Source: Spironucleus salmonicida
Lineage: Eukaryota
DNA length: 64,000 nucleotides
Direction of reading: 5' to 3'
NCBI RefSeq assembly: GCF_000497125.1
Contig: NC_090601.1
Coordinates: 124,001-188,000, forward strand
The translations under genes were made by a program, and so were the position numbers. The notes under the pieces are model-generated. The model saw only the letters and a program-made list of their open reading frames with translations, ran no database searches and was not told the origin of the DNA. The number at the start of each line of letters is the position of its first letter. The stretch's first letter is position 1. Below, in pieces: positions 1-13,480 of the stretch.

Positions 1-3000
1 CAATATTATCATAAAAAGTTAATTTATCCACATATAGCGATAACTCTGGTTTATTCTCGATAAATTTTTTAAAGACTTCGTCTTTATCATTTATCCAAAG
101 ATGTTTAAATGATGAGAAAATGTTTAACTACTAAGTAAGATGGAGCTCTAACGTAGAGAAATATTATTATAATGATAATACAAGTTTTAACATTTGTCTA
201 GAACCTCCAATGTACTAAAACATTGAATTAGACACATCAAAAGATTATAAATCTTCTAAACGAGCAACCTACTAAGCTAATCCCTCATCCAGTTAAGATA
301 GTACCTGTTATTGGTTTTCGTTGTTCCAAACTACTGGCGCAGTTTTCTTATTATTGACAGTCTCTTCATTCTCTGTGTTGTTGGAATATATTACTGTTTT
401 GGTTGTTGAAAGATTTAAAAACAAATTATCAACCATATCTGATTTTTTAACTTCATAAATTGGTTTTATTGATGTCAATATATTTTAATAATATTTACCC
501 TATGAGTTCCACTTAGGTATACGCTTTGTAGATGTTAATACTAATACAACTAACTCATTTAAAATAACTGATAATTTATCTTATGAAGGTATTAGCTATA
601 TTTCAGGATAAACCAGTTCATAATCACAGGAAATAAGACTATCATAATCAAATTCTTGTGTTAAATGATTATTTGGATAACAACAAGGATCTATTCTAGA
701 TATTCTTGCATGCAAAGATCTAAACGTTCTCTCAGTTGCCAAAAATACCGCAGCATGTACTCTATCATGCATTTTATTAATAAAATCTTTTATAGCTATC
801 TTAATAACATATGCAGCGCCTTTTTTCTTCGATATATCCTCTTCTGTTTATTCTTCTTTATAATCAGGGTCAAAATAAGTTACAATCGTTGATAATACCA
901 AATTATTAAGCATTTCTGCGTTTTAAGAATCAGACCTTACCAAATATCTTGAGACAATTTATGAAATTGCATCACAGGTACCAGCCGCAACAAAAGCAGA
1001 CCTTTTGAAAATAAACTCAGCCGACTATATTGTATGCGGCTTTGCTTTCTCTAAATATGTTTTATAATTTAAGGCATTAGAATATTTTTCTAAATAGTTA
1101 GAGAAAATTCTTTTTGCATGAGAGGTAAATTCCGCAGTTTCCACAGTATATTGTTCAGGAATAGATTTTTTTGATGGGCTATTTATATCTACAATTGTTC
1201 CTCCTCGTGTTTCATCCTATTTTGACTTAAATGGTACTCTAAGATGCAACGGTAACAAAGTAGTGCAAGCTATTTGCTTTAAAGAATCATCTATTCTAAA
1301 TTTCATAATATCATTTATAGAATGAATGGTTTCTTTAAGTATATCCACCTAATCAATTACTTATTTTATGTATTATTCTAAATTCAATGAAGTCCAGCAA
1401 ACCTAATCTAAAAGTGGTTGTATTTTTTTCTACAATTTATGCATAAGTGGCTGCATAAGATCAATAGTATCTGAATGAATTTGTTCTGGTAATGACTCTA
1501 TGTCAATTACTAATTATTATAATACATCTCTAGTACCTAGTAACTATGCTTTGTGAAAAACAATAGACAAAACATTATCAGGTATATCAACATTAATTTA
1601 ATAAAGCATATCAGTTTCTCTTATAAGCTCGCTGATCGCAACATCAAAGTTAACAAGAAGGCTCTGGTCTGGTCCTCTCACTAAAACTGTACTCTAAAGA
1701 GAATTTCTTATCTATTAAATTGATTGTGACCATTTCAACAAATTATCCTCCTCAAACTATAGCAGAGACTCCATTGTTGTATTATATATTCTACTGGCCT
1801 ATCTTCCATATTTATTATATTATAATAATGGCATATACCCAAATGGTATGTTATCTTTTGATTAATTTTACATTAGTAATACATTATCGCTGCTATGATT
1901 TCCAATACCCATTTACCATTATTCTTTTTACTCATCTGAAACTTATATAAAAATTCTTTTGAAAAAATTATATGGTCTTGTTATTCTATTAGCTACTAAT
2001 CTTCCCCATGTAATAATTCCAGCCACTTTGGTAAAACCAGAAGGCAAAGGTGCTTATAAATCACCTCTTCTAACTTTATTATAGTAATCAGCAATATGCT
2101 TTATATAAAGGATAAATTTTTACTATAAAATATCATACTTTAAAATAATCGTATTTTACAAGTTTGGTCTGTTTAATATACTTGTTAATTACGTAACTAT
2201 AGATATAAGATCGTCTAGAGATGCTGTAGGATCGTTAAATTGATCATCAACATACTATGATAAAGACTACTCTAAAGCAATAACACCTTTTTTATAATCT
2301 TAATAATCCAAATCGAACTACTGTACACGATGTTACAATGGATCATATGGCTTTTGCTTAAGCACTTGTAATAAATCTTATTACTATTTAATGATAGGGT
2401 GTAGTCCTGAAAGGGTAGATGCTTCTAAAGACGAAAAATTTTACTTTGTAATAATGATATCTGCGATTTTCTTAAGTCTAGCACAGAATAATTCATAGTT
2501 TCCAAAAATTGCCTATTCTGAAAAATTAAATTACTTTTCTGCTCCTGAAAGCAGTAGTTTTTCTTTAATATTACAATATTCATTTTAAAATGTTGATAAT
2601 AATGTCAAACATGCATCAATTTTTTGTAATAATGATTTATATGGGGCATCCACTAATTTTTCTACCAATCTTTCAGAACTTGTTCCTGCACTAAGAATAA
2701 ACTCCTTACAAGATTTTATCATCTAATTTGCTATTTTTACTAATAATATTGTCATATTTTCTCTAGATCCATAGTACTTAGCCATTGAGTGAATAATACG
2801 AATAGTCTCCATTAAATCTGGTATTGTCAGAGTCATTTTACCTGGCTCTCCAGAATAAAGAGGCAATAAAATATCTTCAATAGTTTACAAATATTTCAGG
2901 TTATCTTTTGCTTCATTACCACATTCAAGAACTCTTTACTTGACATTTTACCACCTTTTTACCACAACAGATTAAGCCTGTTATAATATTCTTACAGCTG

Positions 3001-3751
3001 AAGGGATCCAAGGAATTTGATTCATCTGTGTCGACATTCCATTAAATACAGACATCCTTGCTCTCCAATAAACCTGTTCTGTTTCAGGTCCTGAATCATC
3101 CGAATTTATTCTTAATTTTTCTGAATCAACTAAAAACTATTCAACTTAATTACAAATAGAGGCCACAGATTATTCAATTTAAGTTAATTAATCTGGAAAT
3201 TCTTATACTAATTTTTAAATGCCAGGTTAATCAGGCGGTAATTTTGAAAATAGAACATTCTCTGGAATTGATAAATCAATCTTTTCCTACAAAATTAATT
3301 AAAATTTTTATAAATTTTCTACAAATTTACGAACTTGATTTAAGAACATTTATTAATGTTATTAATTTACCATTACTCCCCAATCCGATTATCTTTCTAA
3401 TAAAGGATAATATACTCTTTGTAGCAAGAGTTAAAACTATTCAACATAATTTCCTGAAATATTACCATACATAATATCAGATTCTAAATTTGCAGGCGCT
3501 ATACTTCTGTTAGTATGCCTAATAAAATAATAAATAACACCAGGATTCGCGTTTGATGGATTATTTGAATAAGATATACGTCCATTATCAGCAAAAAATA
3601 AAGCTACTGGATTCCCTTAAGCCTAAAAAAGGGAAGATAACTTATTTAATATATTTAAATCTTATAATTGCTCAAATACTTCATCTTTATCTAGTTCAAA
3701 TCCTTCTGCAAGTCTGTTGCAAAGCCATATCACTTTAGGATCTTGAGCCAT
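1..3751 (-). CDS. Axonemal dynein heavy chain, gamma/DNAH5-8-type paralog, N-terminal tail (runs off the left edge)
   Basis: Starts ATG GCT CAA GAT CCT AAA GTG ATA TGG (MAQDPKVIW). A hand scan found no in-frame TGA from 3751 to 1 under code 6. Colinear with the tail of the complete dynein at 22214-36799 (shared [44 protein letters not shown]). Confidence 0.9.
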
Positions 3752-3995
3752 TTTAAGTTGGAAAGGAAATTTTTGAGAGAATTAGAACACGTAGTGTTGT
3801 ATTATAATTCTAAAAAGAAAAATTCTATTAGTTAATTTAGTATAACTAAATATAATAGTAGTTAGTTTAGCTTAATATTAAAAAAGTAGAAACAAATATA
3901 AGTTATTTTTAGATATAAATAATGCTTATCAGATTATATACAACTATATAATCTCCAGATTATAAACTATTAATCAAATATAATAATTAAATTAA

Positions 3996-4766
3996 TCAAA
4001 GCTTTCTCCCAACTCCACCGAAACTTTATGTGCCAAATTCATCCTTCTTAACTTCATCTTTCTTAATAATTTATACTTTCTAAGTTTATCCTTATTAATA
4101 AAAACTATTAGATGTCATGGCATTCATACTGAAAACATTCTTTTTTTCCTTATCAAATTCGTATTTTTCTAGACCTTCTGCACTTTCAAAGTCACAATTA
4201 ACATTAGTATCTATCAAACTAGCAATCATAGGTTCACATTTAATAACTTTCATCCAAAATGGCTTATTATTATGAATAAATCTAAAATTTTAGCCTTATT
4301 ATAATGCAGAAAGATTTGGTAGATTAGTTTATAACGCAAGCTTAGCATCATCAATCTCATAAAACTCACAGGTTTCCGGTTTAAGAGTTAAACTTAAACA
4401 CTTCGGTAGTTCCATAGATGCAACCACTATAGAATCTCCCTCTTTAGCTCCTATATATTCTTATATCCAAGTTGGTATACATATAGAAGCAGGGTCTAAG
4501 GCGAATTCTTATACACCTGTAAAGCATGTTATCATTTCTCGAACAGAATGAATTCTAAACTATAAAGGGCGTCCTGGAATAAAAACGTTTTTATCTGTTA
4601 ATTCTGGTAACAATTATTAAGGTAAAATAATTCTACCCCCTGCTTCAAATTACTCATACTATACAGGAGTTAACTTAGCTCGTGATATATTAGCTAATGT
4701 ATATGACTTATACCATGTTGGTTTAAATTAAGAAGTAGATGGTAAACGTACACCTTTATGAGACAT
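3996..4766 (-). CDS. UFD1: Ubiquitin fusion degradation protein 1 (Cdc48/p97 cofactor), 256 aa
   Basis: Code-6 translation contains GGRIILPQ, FTGVQEF, ICIPTWI and a C-terminal SHP-box-like FGGVGRKL before TGA. Confidence 0.85.
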
Positions 4767-7700
4767 TAAAACGAAACGGATATAATGCAATATAATATAT
4801 AAAATTATATAATAATATATTTATGGAAATGAATAAAATATTGTAACAAAACACAAATTATTTTATATCAAGTATGCTTAGAACCCCTACAGAATCATTA
4901 CATGATACTATGTAGAAATTTTATGAATATAAATTATAAATTTCAATAACTATAAGTAAAAACATGCTTATAATAATTTTATTACATATTAAATTTGTAT
5001 TTCTACATAATAATATAACTATATTTGGGTCTTAAAATGATAATTATATTAATTTTGTATAGCTTTGTTATCTCTAACTTTAAAGCTACGTATATAATAG
5101 GAAATTTTATATTTATAATCACATTGCACTATCAATATAGATGATAAGTGTTCCAAACTTACATATTTTACTTATTAGTTTATAAAATTATATTTTTAAT
5201 GAATAATTTATGTATTTGATGTTTAAAGTAATTAATTAAATCAAATATCCTATATTTATTAGAACCTAATCTAAAGTTTCACAATAAATAATAAATATAT
5301 TATAGTATGTTACTTAAAAAAATATTTTCAATATAATAATATTTGATAATTCTGTAAATGCAAAAAATAGTATCATCAAGATCTTTTTGAAAGGAAAAAT
5401 TTTATACTATAGTAATTTCTCTTATTGCAAGTATCAATAATAGTAACTATAATTTTAAATAATAAATAAATTCACGAATAATTTTATATTGATATTTTAT
5501 CTACTTTTTAATCCTATTATAAATCTCAAGATAGTAATATTATTCATATATAATTTATAATATATGCTAATACTATTAATTCAGTTTTTGTCTATTTAAG
5601 CTGTTAAAATATTTTAATATCTGCTACCAAATATTTAGACATTAAGATGAAAATGCCTGCACTTTTGTAGATTATTTAATAATTCTTACTAAATAGTTAT
5701 TATTTACAATATATAATATTATAAGTTAATAAATTTATGTAATATAAAGTAAGTATACTATAAATTCATATGATTTATAAGAAAGAAGGATTTTTTATAT
5801 TTCGTAAGATTCTATTAAATGAATACCAAAATATACACTTTTAATTCTTGTAAATACTATAAATTATGATAATAACTAATAGTAGGATTTATAGCGTTTT
5901 ATTATTTAGTGTCAGTATTAATATTTTATACATAGATAATTTTGAAGAACAAAATAGGATTATAAACTAATTTTATACAATTTGTAAAACAAATAAGTAT
6001 ATTACTATGTGTATTTGTATTTTTAATATTTATATAGCAATAAATAGCATAAGTAGTAATTGTACCAAAATAAATAGTGCTGACACAATTCAATCATTTT
6101 AATATATGGATAGTAATTCTAAATTTAAATTCTATTAAAGAAGACAATAAACAATTTTTATACAGCTCTATTTAATATCTTCATACTATTACCTACTATT
6201 TAATAGTAGATTGTATGTATCATATTATTATATTTCTTACCTTTTCAATTAATTTTAAAAATTAGATACTTGCAATTTAGAATTTAAAAATATCTTAATT
6301 ATTTCTATCTACTATTTTATAAGTAAATATATTTATATCAAATAGTGCATATTTATTTATAAATACTAGATGTTTTATGATTTTAATTTGTTTATTTTAT
6401 TACCGTATTAATAGATTCTTAATGCAATATCAATTAAAAATAAGTATTTGTAATATTTATAGTTACTTACCAAAATTTATAATAAATTATTAAATTTATT
6501 ATTAAATAAAAATATCTTTTATTATCATAATGCAAATTAAATTTGAACAGTATTTTCAAGATATTTAATTAAAATTTATAAAATCTATTAATATTTTGTA
6601 AATTATTAACAATAATCACGTAGAATTATAACTCTATAAACTGTTTTAATCACTGCATATATGTCTTTATTAGTTTATTCTTATTTCTATTTTAAATAAA
6701 AATATCGAAAAATGCTATATTTAATTTTTAATTAAAACACTAGAGTAATATGTAACAGTAGTAATATATTATTGAAATTTTTAGGCTTAACTAGTTCAAA
6801 TATTAATATTATAACCTAAAATCTTATATTTGAACGAAAAGTACAACTCAACTAACATATATGGATAATCAAAAATATAAGATCAACTATGAAAAACATA
6901 TATATTGATACATTAAGTAAATTATATAGATTAAAAAATAAAGTATACTCATTTATTAATTTCTTTAAACATTATTTTATTGTAATAATGAGACTTATTG
7001 AAAGATATAATCTACACTATTTTATGTAATCTCTATACTAATATATAAAATTCATCTTATCAAATAGATATTCTGTATTTTATAATTGTATTAAATATTA
7101 TATGTTGTTTTTAGTGTACGAATGGAGTATAATCTTGATTTTTATATTTATATTAAATAATAGTATATTAATTTAGTGGAGATAAAAAGTATTATAGTTT
7201 CTACAAACTAATTTTTTTTGCAAAAATTTATAGGTTACAAAAGCAAGAAAAGTATTTTTAATAAATATGTTTCACATATTTCCCAAGACTTTTGCTTTTT
7301 TATATTCACTGAAATTTTTATGAGAATATAATTACTGAATAGAAAATTATATAATAGAATTAATATATCATTATATTATTGTAAAGTTTATATCATAAGA
7401 TAATTAAAATAAGAAATTAAGTTGAAAACTTACCTAATCTTTGATTACAAAATTTACTCAATTGAAAAATAAAAGTACTTTTTCTAAAATTATACATATG
7501 ACTAATAGATGTAATTACCAAATAGACTTATTATATATATTATTTTAACTCAATTTGATAGTAATAAAATTAGTAATCATAAATTAAAAAATATAAAAAA
7601 TATTTTCATCTGATATAATATGAATAAATTTGACACCACTATAAAATAATAAGAGACTGGTCTCATATAATATAAAATTTATGTTTACTGGTATATTATT

Positions 7701-9263
7701 AACTTTTATCGTATTTAAATTACAGATTTATAACATGTAATAAATTTAAATAGATAAAAGAACGTTAATATGATTATTCGATAAGTTAGATATCGATTTA
7801 CTAATTTACATATAAATTTGGATAAAATATCATTTTTACATCATTCTTTGTATGAAAAATAAAAATATTATTTTAGCATATATAATTATAATAAATATTT
7901 ATTTGAAAATATTAATTCGTAAAGTAGAAAATATTCACAGCAATAAAGCAATAATATGTATATTTATCTATATTCATTATTAATTATGATTAAAGACTAT
8001 AAATTTTATTAAATAGCTTTTTTAAGAATAAATTTAGTATATATATTTATGTGGTTACGTATTAATTTTTTTAAATAAATTTGTAATAATAAAAATATGA
8101 ATCATACAGTATATTCATTATTTTATTATATTCTGAAATGATGAATTGGATATAGACCATTGTAACTCTCTAGATTCTAGAACATAATTATTCATTACTT
8201 AATGATGCTAGTATTTAAGCAAAAAATTAACATTATTTAATTTCTATTATAGTTCATAAAGTTACGGATGCATTGTTATTTATACAGTCATTAACTCTTA
8301 ATTTTTTAATTAATATTCATTTAGCTTTATTAGGGCATCTTATTATAATTATTTTCGGATTATTTCAAATTTTTGGTATTTGAGGTAAAGGTGCGTGTTA
8401 CACATAAGTAAATCTTGAAAATTTTAATCTATTATTGTAAATAACTTAATAAAAGCATCAAAACTACAACTAATATATTAATTTAGCAATGTATTAGTAA
8501 AAAATACAAGATTGTTACAAAATCGTATATATTTAATATAATGGCAATGTAATTATTAAAAAGTATTAAGACAGACAAGCTTGGTTTTTGTATCTGAAAA
8601 GAAGATAGCTAATTTATTATGTACCTACTAAAACTCAAATTAAGAATCTATTTTAATTTCTATTTAAGTATTATTATCAACACCTCTAATAAAATGATCT
8701 TAGAACATAAGAAGTGAATTATTATGAACAATAAACGAAATATATGTACTACCCTTTATTTTTTAATCAAATTTGACACAACCATTCAACAAAAATCCAA
8801 TTTCATTATCTATATTTGATACTACAAGCACATTTTAAAAAATTGTATAACCACAAGAGATTATATCTTAATTGGAATAAATAGATTCTATTTAACTTTA
8901 GTTAAACATGAATATTTATCCATCCAGAATACCAATAAATTTTTAATCATATTTAAAGGCTATATGGTTGAATGCATCTAAGGTTTCTACATAGTTAAAA
9001 TCAATTTAGGTTTGCTTTACCAATTTACAGTTTTCATCGTATTTATAATAAGTATTATTTGCATATGCATGATAATGTTAATCTTAATAATGTAAAAAAT
9101 ACTTCGATTAAAATGTTTATTATTCATTCATTAAATAGTCGTTAATAAAAACAAATAATTTATTATATTATAATGTCACTCCTCCTTCCAAAAATATACT
9201 ATTAATTGTATATTTAAACTTAATGTATTAGATTATTATGTATTTTTAATAAAAGAAAATAAA
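4767..9263. other. Extremely AT-rich region with no continuous ORF (non-coding or decayed gene)
   Basis: TGA stops occur in all six frames (all six checked by hand over ~4.8-6.5 kb, + strand sampled further on). Only fragmentary hydrophobic, low-complexity frames remain (e.g. + 4823-5650). Confidence 0.5.
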
Positions 9264-9941
9264 ATGCTAGTTAAAGAAATATTGTAAGATATTTTCTATA
9301 CAATAAAATATATCAAAAATAATGACCCCTCTATATCATTTACGATAGAATTTTTACTATATCCAATATTCTATGCTTTAATTTTGCATAGAATATCTCA
9401 TTAAATGTATATTTTAAGAATACCTTTTATTCCGAGATTATTATCTTAAATATCACGTTTCTTTACATCAATAGAAATACACCCAGGTGCTTAAATTGGA
9501 AAAGGACTCTTCATTGATCATGGGGCTGGTGTTGTTATAGGATAAACAGCAATAATCGGAGATTTTTGTTTATTATATCAAGGTGTTACATTAGGAGGAA
9601 ATGGTAAGGAAATAGGAAAAAGGCATCCTATTTTAGGTAATAATATTGTTGTTGGTGCAGGTGCAATTGTTCTGGGCAGAATAACAGTTGGAGATAATTC
9701 AAAGATAGGTGCTGGTAGTGTTATTGTGAAAGATATACCAAAGTTTTCAACAGTTGTTGGAGTTCCAGGTAAAATTATTTACAAAAATACAGGACAAGAT
9801 ATAAAATAATGCTTTCATGACAGACTGACTTAGTTGGAGTATCCAGATTTATTATAAAAATTATAAGATTAGTTGAATGAATGCTAGTTAAAAATATAGT
9901 AGTTAGAATTATTAACAGCTACAGATAATGTAATAAAATGA
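9264..9941 (+). CDS. cysE: Serine O-acetyltransferase, bacterial CysE type, 225 aa
   Basis: [66 protein letters not shown] and VVGVPGK form the CysE hexapeptide left-handed beta-helix. A short C-terminal coiled coil follows. Confidence 0.95.
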
Positions 9942-9992
9942 TTTATTATACTTTATATATAAATATTAAATAATATTATTTTCACTTCTTAA

Positions 9993-10745
9993 ATGGAACT
10001 TTTGTAAATAGAGAAAAATACAGAAGCACTATTAAAATTTATATCTTCTTATGCAGACACTAACTAAGCATTTTATGATTTATTTCTGTTCTCTTATGCT
10101 CTTTTTAATGAATAAATAAATAATGGTATTGACAACTTAGTTGTCATTTTAAAGCACGATTCATAAGTATAAGTTTAATTTTTTTCTTCGTAAAATTCCA
10201 GGTTTATCTCTTTGATAGATAGTTACAAGATTTTACTTGAGAAACATCTTCAGTTTCCTACTTAAGGTTCTGAAAAATAGTTAAATATTTTTGGTATATA
10301 GTTAGAACAAATAGTAACTTACCTTAAAATTATCATTCATTTCTCTTCATAAGCAAACATAAAAGATATACTTTTAAGGTTTATGTAAATTAATATACAT
10401 TATAATATAGTTAGCATTTAAAATTATGTGTTCTAATTAGGATCTATTATTTTTAAGTCTAAGAAAAATGCACTAAAAATGTTAGAATGCGCCAGTTTGC
10501 TACCTAAATAAGGGAAAAACAAAACAATCTATATTAGATATATTGATAAATAATCACATTTAAATGATTGTTGTTTTTACAAATAAATTATAGAGAGTTT
10601 AATTATAGGGTTAGAGGTTGGTCTTAATTGGCAGGTTGTATGTTTATGTGCTGGGCAATGCAAATTAGATGACAAAATTATGAAAATATTTAGTACAGGA
10701 GATGTTGAGAAAATATAATTATTTTTAAAATAATGCATTCAATGA
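9993..10745 (+). CDS. Hypothetical protein, 250 aa
   Basis: Open code-6 frame MELLQIEKNTEALLKF...QCIQ-TGA, preceded by TTTTCACTTCTTAA like other starts in the window. Confidence 0.65.
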
Positions 10746-10795
10746 TATTAATATTATATTATGTATACTTATATCTTTCAATAAATTTTCCTAAA

Positions 10796-13243
10796 ATGGA
10801 TAAAGTTGGTACTAATGTTATTTGTAAGTAAACCGGAAAAAAATATAAGATAAGCTTTACAAAACACGTATCTCAATATATAACAACTAATCATATTATT
10901 TAACATATAAGAATGATAGTTCCAAATATTAATAATTTTGATCTATTTTTCGATGGAGTTTTGCTTTAAAATGGTGAAAATTTACATAAAGCTATTAATA
11001 AAGATATTTAAATGATCGTATAGAATCAATCAGTATTAGATGATTCTTAGGATGATTATTAATAGCTAGACCATAATCAATAAACTCCATAGAAACTATA
11101 AATAGTGTAGAGCTAACCCAGTATCTATTAATACAATGAATAAGAAAATATATTAACTAGTTAAAAAGTAGAAAGAATTAGATCCATTAATAAGATGATT
11201 TCCAGTAAAAGTAATGACTATTAAATTCTTGAGAAAACAGAAAATTCACTTAATTAAGAAAAATTCTATCAGAATAACTAAAATAAACGCTAAGCAGTGT
11301 TAAATTCGACTTAAAATCTATAAATATAGTTGGGTGATAATAGTTTTTATGAAAATTATCATATAGATAATATTTAAGAAATCATACTTACAAAACGCTC
11401 TATCACACCACTATCGAATTAAAAAAATATTACTACACATTCTATTAAAAAACCAACAGATTAAATTGTTGAGAGAAAAGTTCTATTTTAAGATAGCGAA
11501 AGTATTAATCAGTAACAGATTTAATTGTTATAAACAGAGGTGAAATCTTTAAAACAATAGCTAGAAAATACAATCTTTTAATAAACATTTACTAGTACTG
11601 ACTAAATATACTAGATTGTAAACGAAAAAATATAGCAAGCTGCCGAGCTTTCCAAATCTAGGATTAAAAGCTCTTAATATAAAAAGACTTAAAATAGTCA
11701 GTTAGATGATTCTTTAGTTCTATCTGTTAATAATTAACCAGATGCTGAATTTCTCACTCATAATGCAAAATTAGATACGAAATAGCTTGAAATATAATTA
11801 ACTGATATTACATCACCAATTAATAAAAAATAGCAATCCATCTTATAGCATTAAGAATAAAATTCTTTTGAATAAAAAAGGATTTAAGCCGAAAATAGCA
11901 GCATAGAAATTGAAATTTTATCACTTACAGAACTTCTTGATCTAAATACATAGAAACTTGAAATTTTCTCATAAGATCTCAATAATACATAATAGCAACA
12001 TAATTAATTAATTTAAGAAATTTAAAATATCAAAAACAAAGCATTATGTTACCAAAAAATTGATAAGGATATCTTCGATTGGAGTTTTTAAGCTGCTGAA
12101 TTAAAGTAACAAATTAAAGAACTAAAAAAATATAATGATGAGTTGGTTTTAATATAAAATCAAAGAAGAAAACTTCATAATTTATTGGAAGATCTTAAAG
12201 GAAACATCAGAGTTTTTGTGCGCTTGCGACCTTTATTAAATGAAGAATTAGAAAATAATTTCTTAGCATCAAATTCTTCTAAGATCGAAGATTATATTAG
12301 TATTACTACATAACAATAAATAGCATTAAATTTACCATTTAGTCTACCCTAATTTAATTAATAGTAGCTGTTTAATTTTTATCGAGTATATAATTATTAA
12401 ACTTCATAAAAAACTGTATTTAGTGATATTAAGCCCCTACTTACTTCGGCAATCGATGGGTTTAATATTACTTTACTTTGCTATGGATCAACTGGATCAG
12501 GTAAAACTTTCACTCTTATTGGTGATACAGGCGATTCTGATATATACTGTGACGAAAATGATAAATTTTCACGTTTAGGAATCCTTCCACGATCTGTTGT
12601 TGAATTATTCTAATTATTGAATAATTAAACTCGCCAATTTAGTGTATCCACGGCGGTGGTGGAATTATATTTAGACAATTTTATTGATTTACTTGCTGTT
12701 GAATAAAAAGAATTAAAGATACGTTATTAAAATGAATAATATTTTATTTAGAATTTAGATTTTAAAGATGTCACATCTCCACACCAATTATTGCAAATAT
12801 TGAGTAATGCGTTAGAATCTAGACATGTTTCGTCTACAAAATGTAATTCAAGGTCATCACGTAGCCATGCGATTATTTATGTTCGTGTTAAAATAGCAGG
12901 AAGACTATCTACGATTATATTTGCTGATTTAGCTGGCTCTGAACGGGTTGAAAAAAGTCAAAGTGAAGGACTTAGATTCAAAGAAGCATAGTTTATTAAT
13001 TAAAGTTTAAGTGCCTTGGGGGATGTAGTAAATGCACTTAGTAATTAAAACTCTCATATTCCTTTTAGAAATAGTAAACTTACATAAGTCCTATAACCTG
13101 GACTAGGTGGAAATAGTAAAACATTATTGTTTGTTAATTTAAATCCACTATATGCAAATTTATAAGAGAGTTATAGTAGTTTAGTTTTTGGAACTAGATC
13201 TAAAGCTGTTTAAAATGTTGCGGTTAAAGGTTTATTTGAATGA
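10796..13243 (+). CDS. Kinesin-14 family C-terminal motor protein, 815 aa
   Basis: Coiled coil, then kinesin-14 neck RRKLHNLLEDLKGNIRVFVRLRP, P-loop YGSTGSGKTFT, switch I NSRSSRSH, switch II DLAGSER and HIPFRNSKLT...LGGNSKTLLFVN. In frame with track ORF 12791-12991. Confidence 0.93.
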
Positions 13244-13480
13244 ACTTTTTAAAATAGTTTAATTTTCTGATAAAGTTCTTCTTTTCCAAAACATATATAC
13301 ACATATTCACTCAGATTCAATAATACTTATACTTTATATCATTGTAGTAAAAACAGTTACATTATTATATGAAACTCGTTTCATTAAGCTAATAGTTATA
13401 TACTGATTTATTACTATAGCTAGTATATAGAAAGTCAGATATAATAAAGCTATATAACAAAAACTATGATAAAATATTAA

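Noticed and set aside
8290-8420. Weak resemblance to a nucleotide cyclase motif (FQIFGI-TGA-GKG), suggesting TGA readthrough as Trp or Sec
   Set aside because: No other cyclase motifs and no SECIS-like hairpin seen, the surrounding frames are broken, and TGA acts as stop in every clear gene.
13369-13384. Short inverted repeat ATGAAAC-TC-GTTTCAT between the kinesin and CEP70-like genes
   Set aside because: A 7-bp AT-rich stem is expected by chance, and no snoRNA or tRNA boxes are visible nearby.
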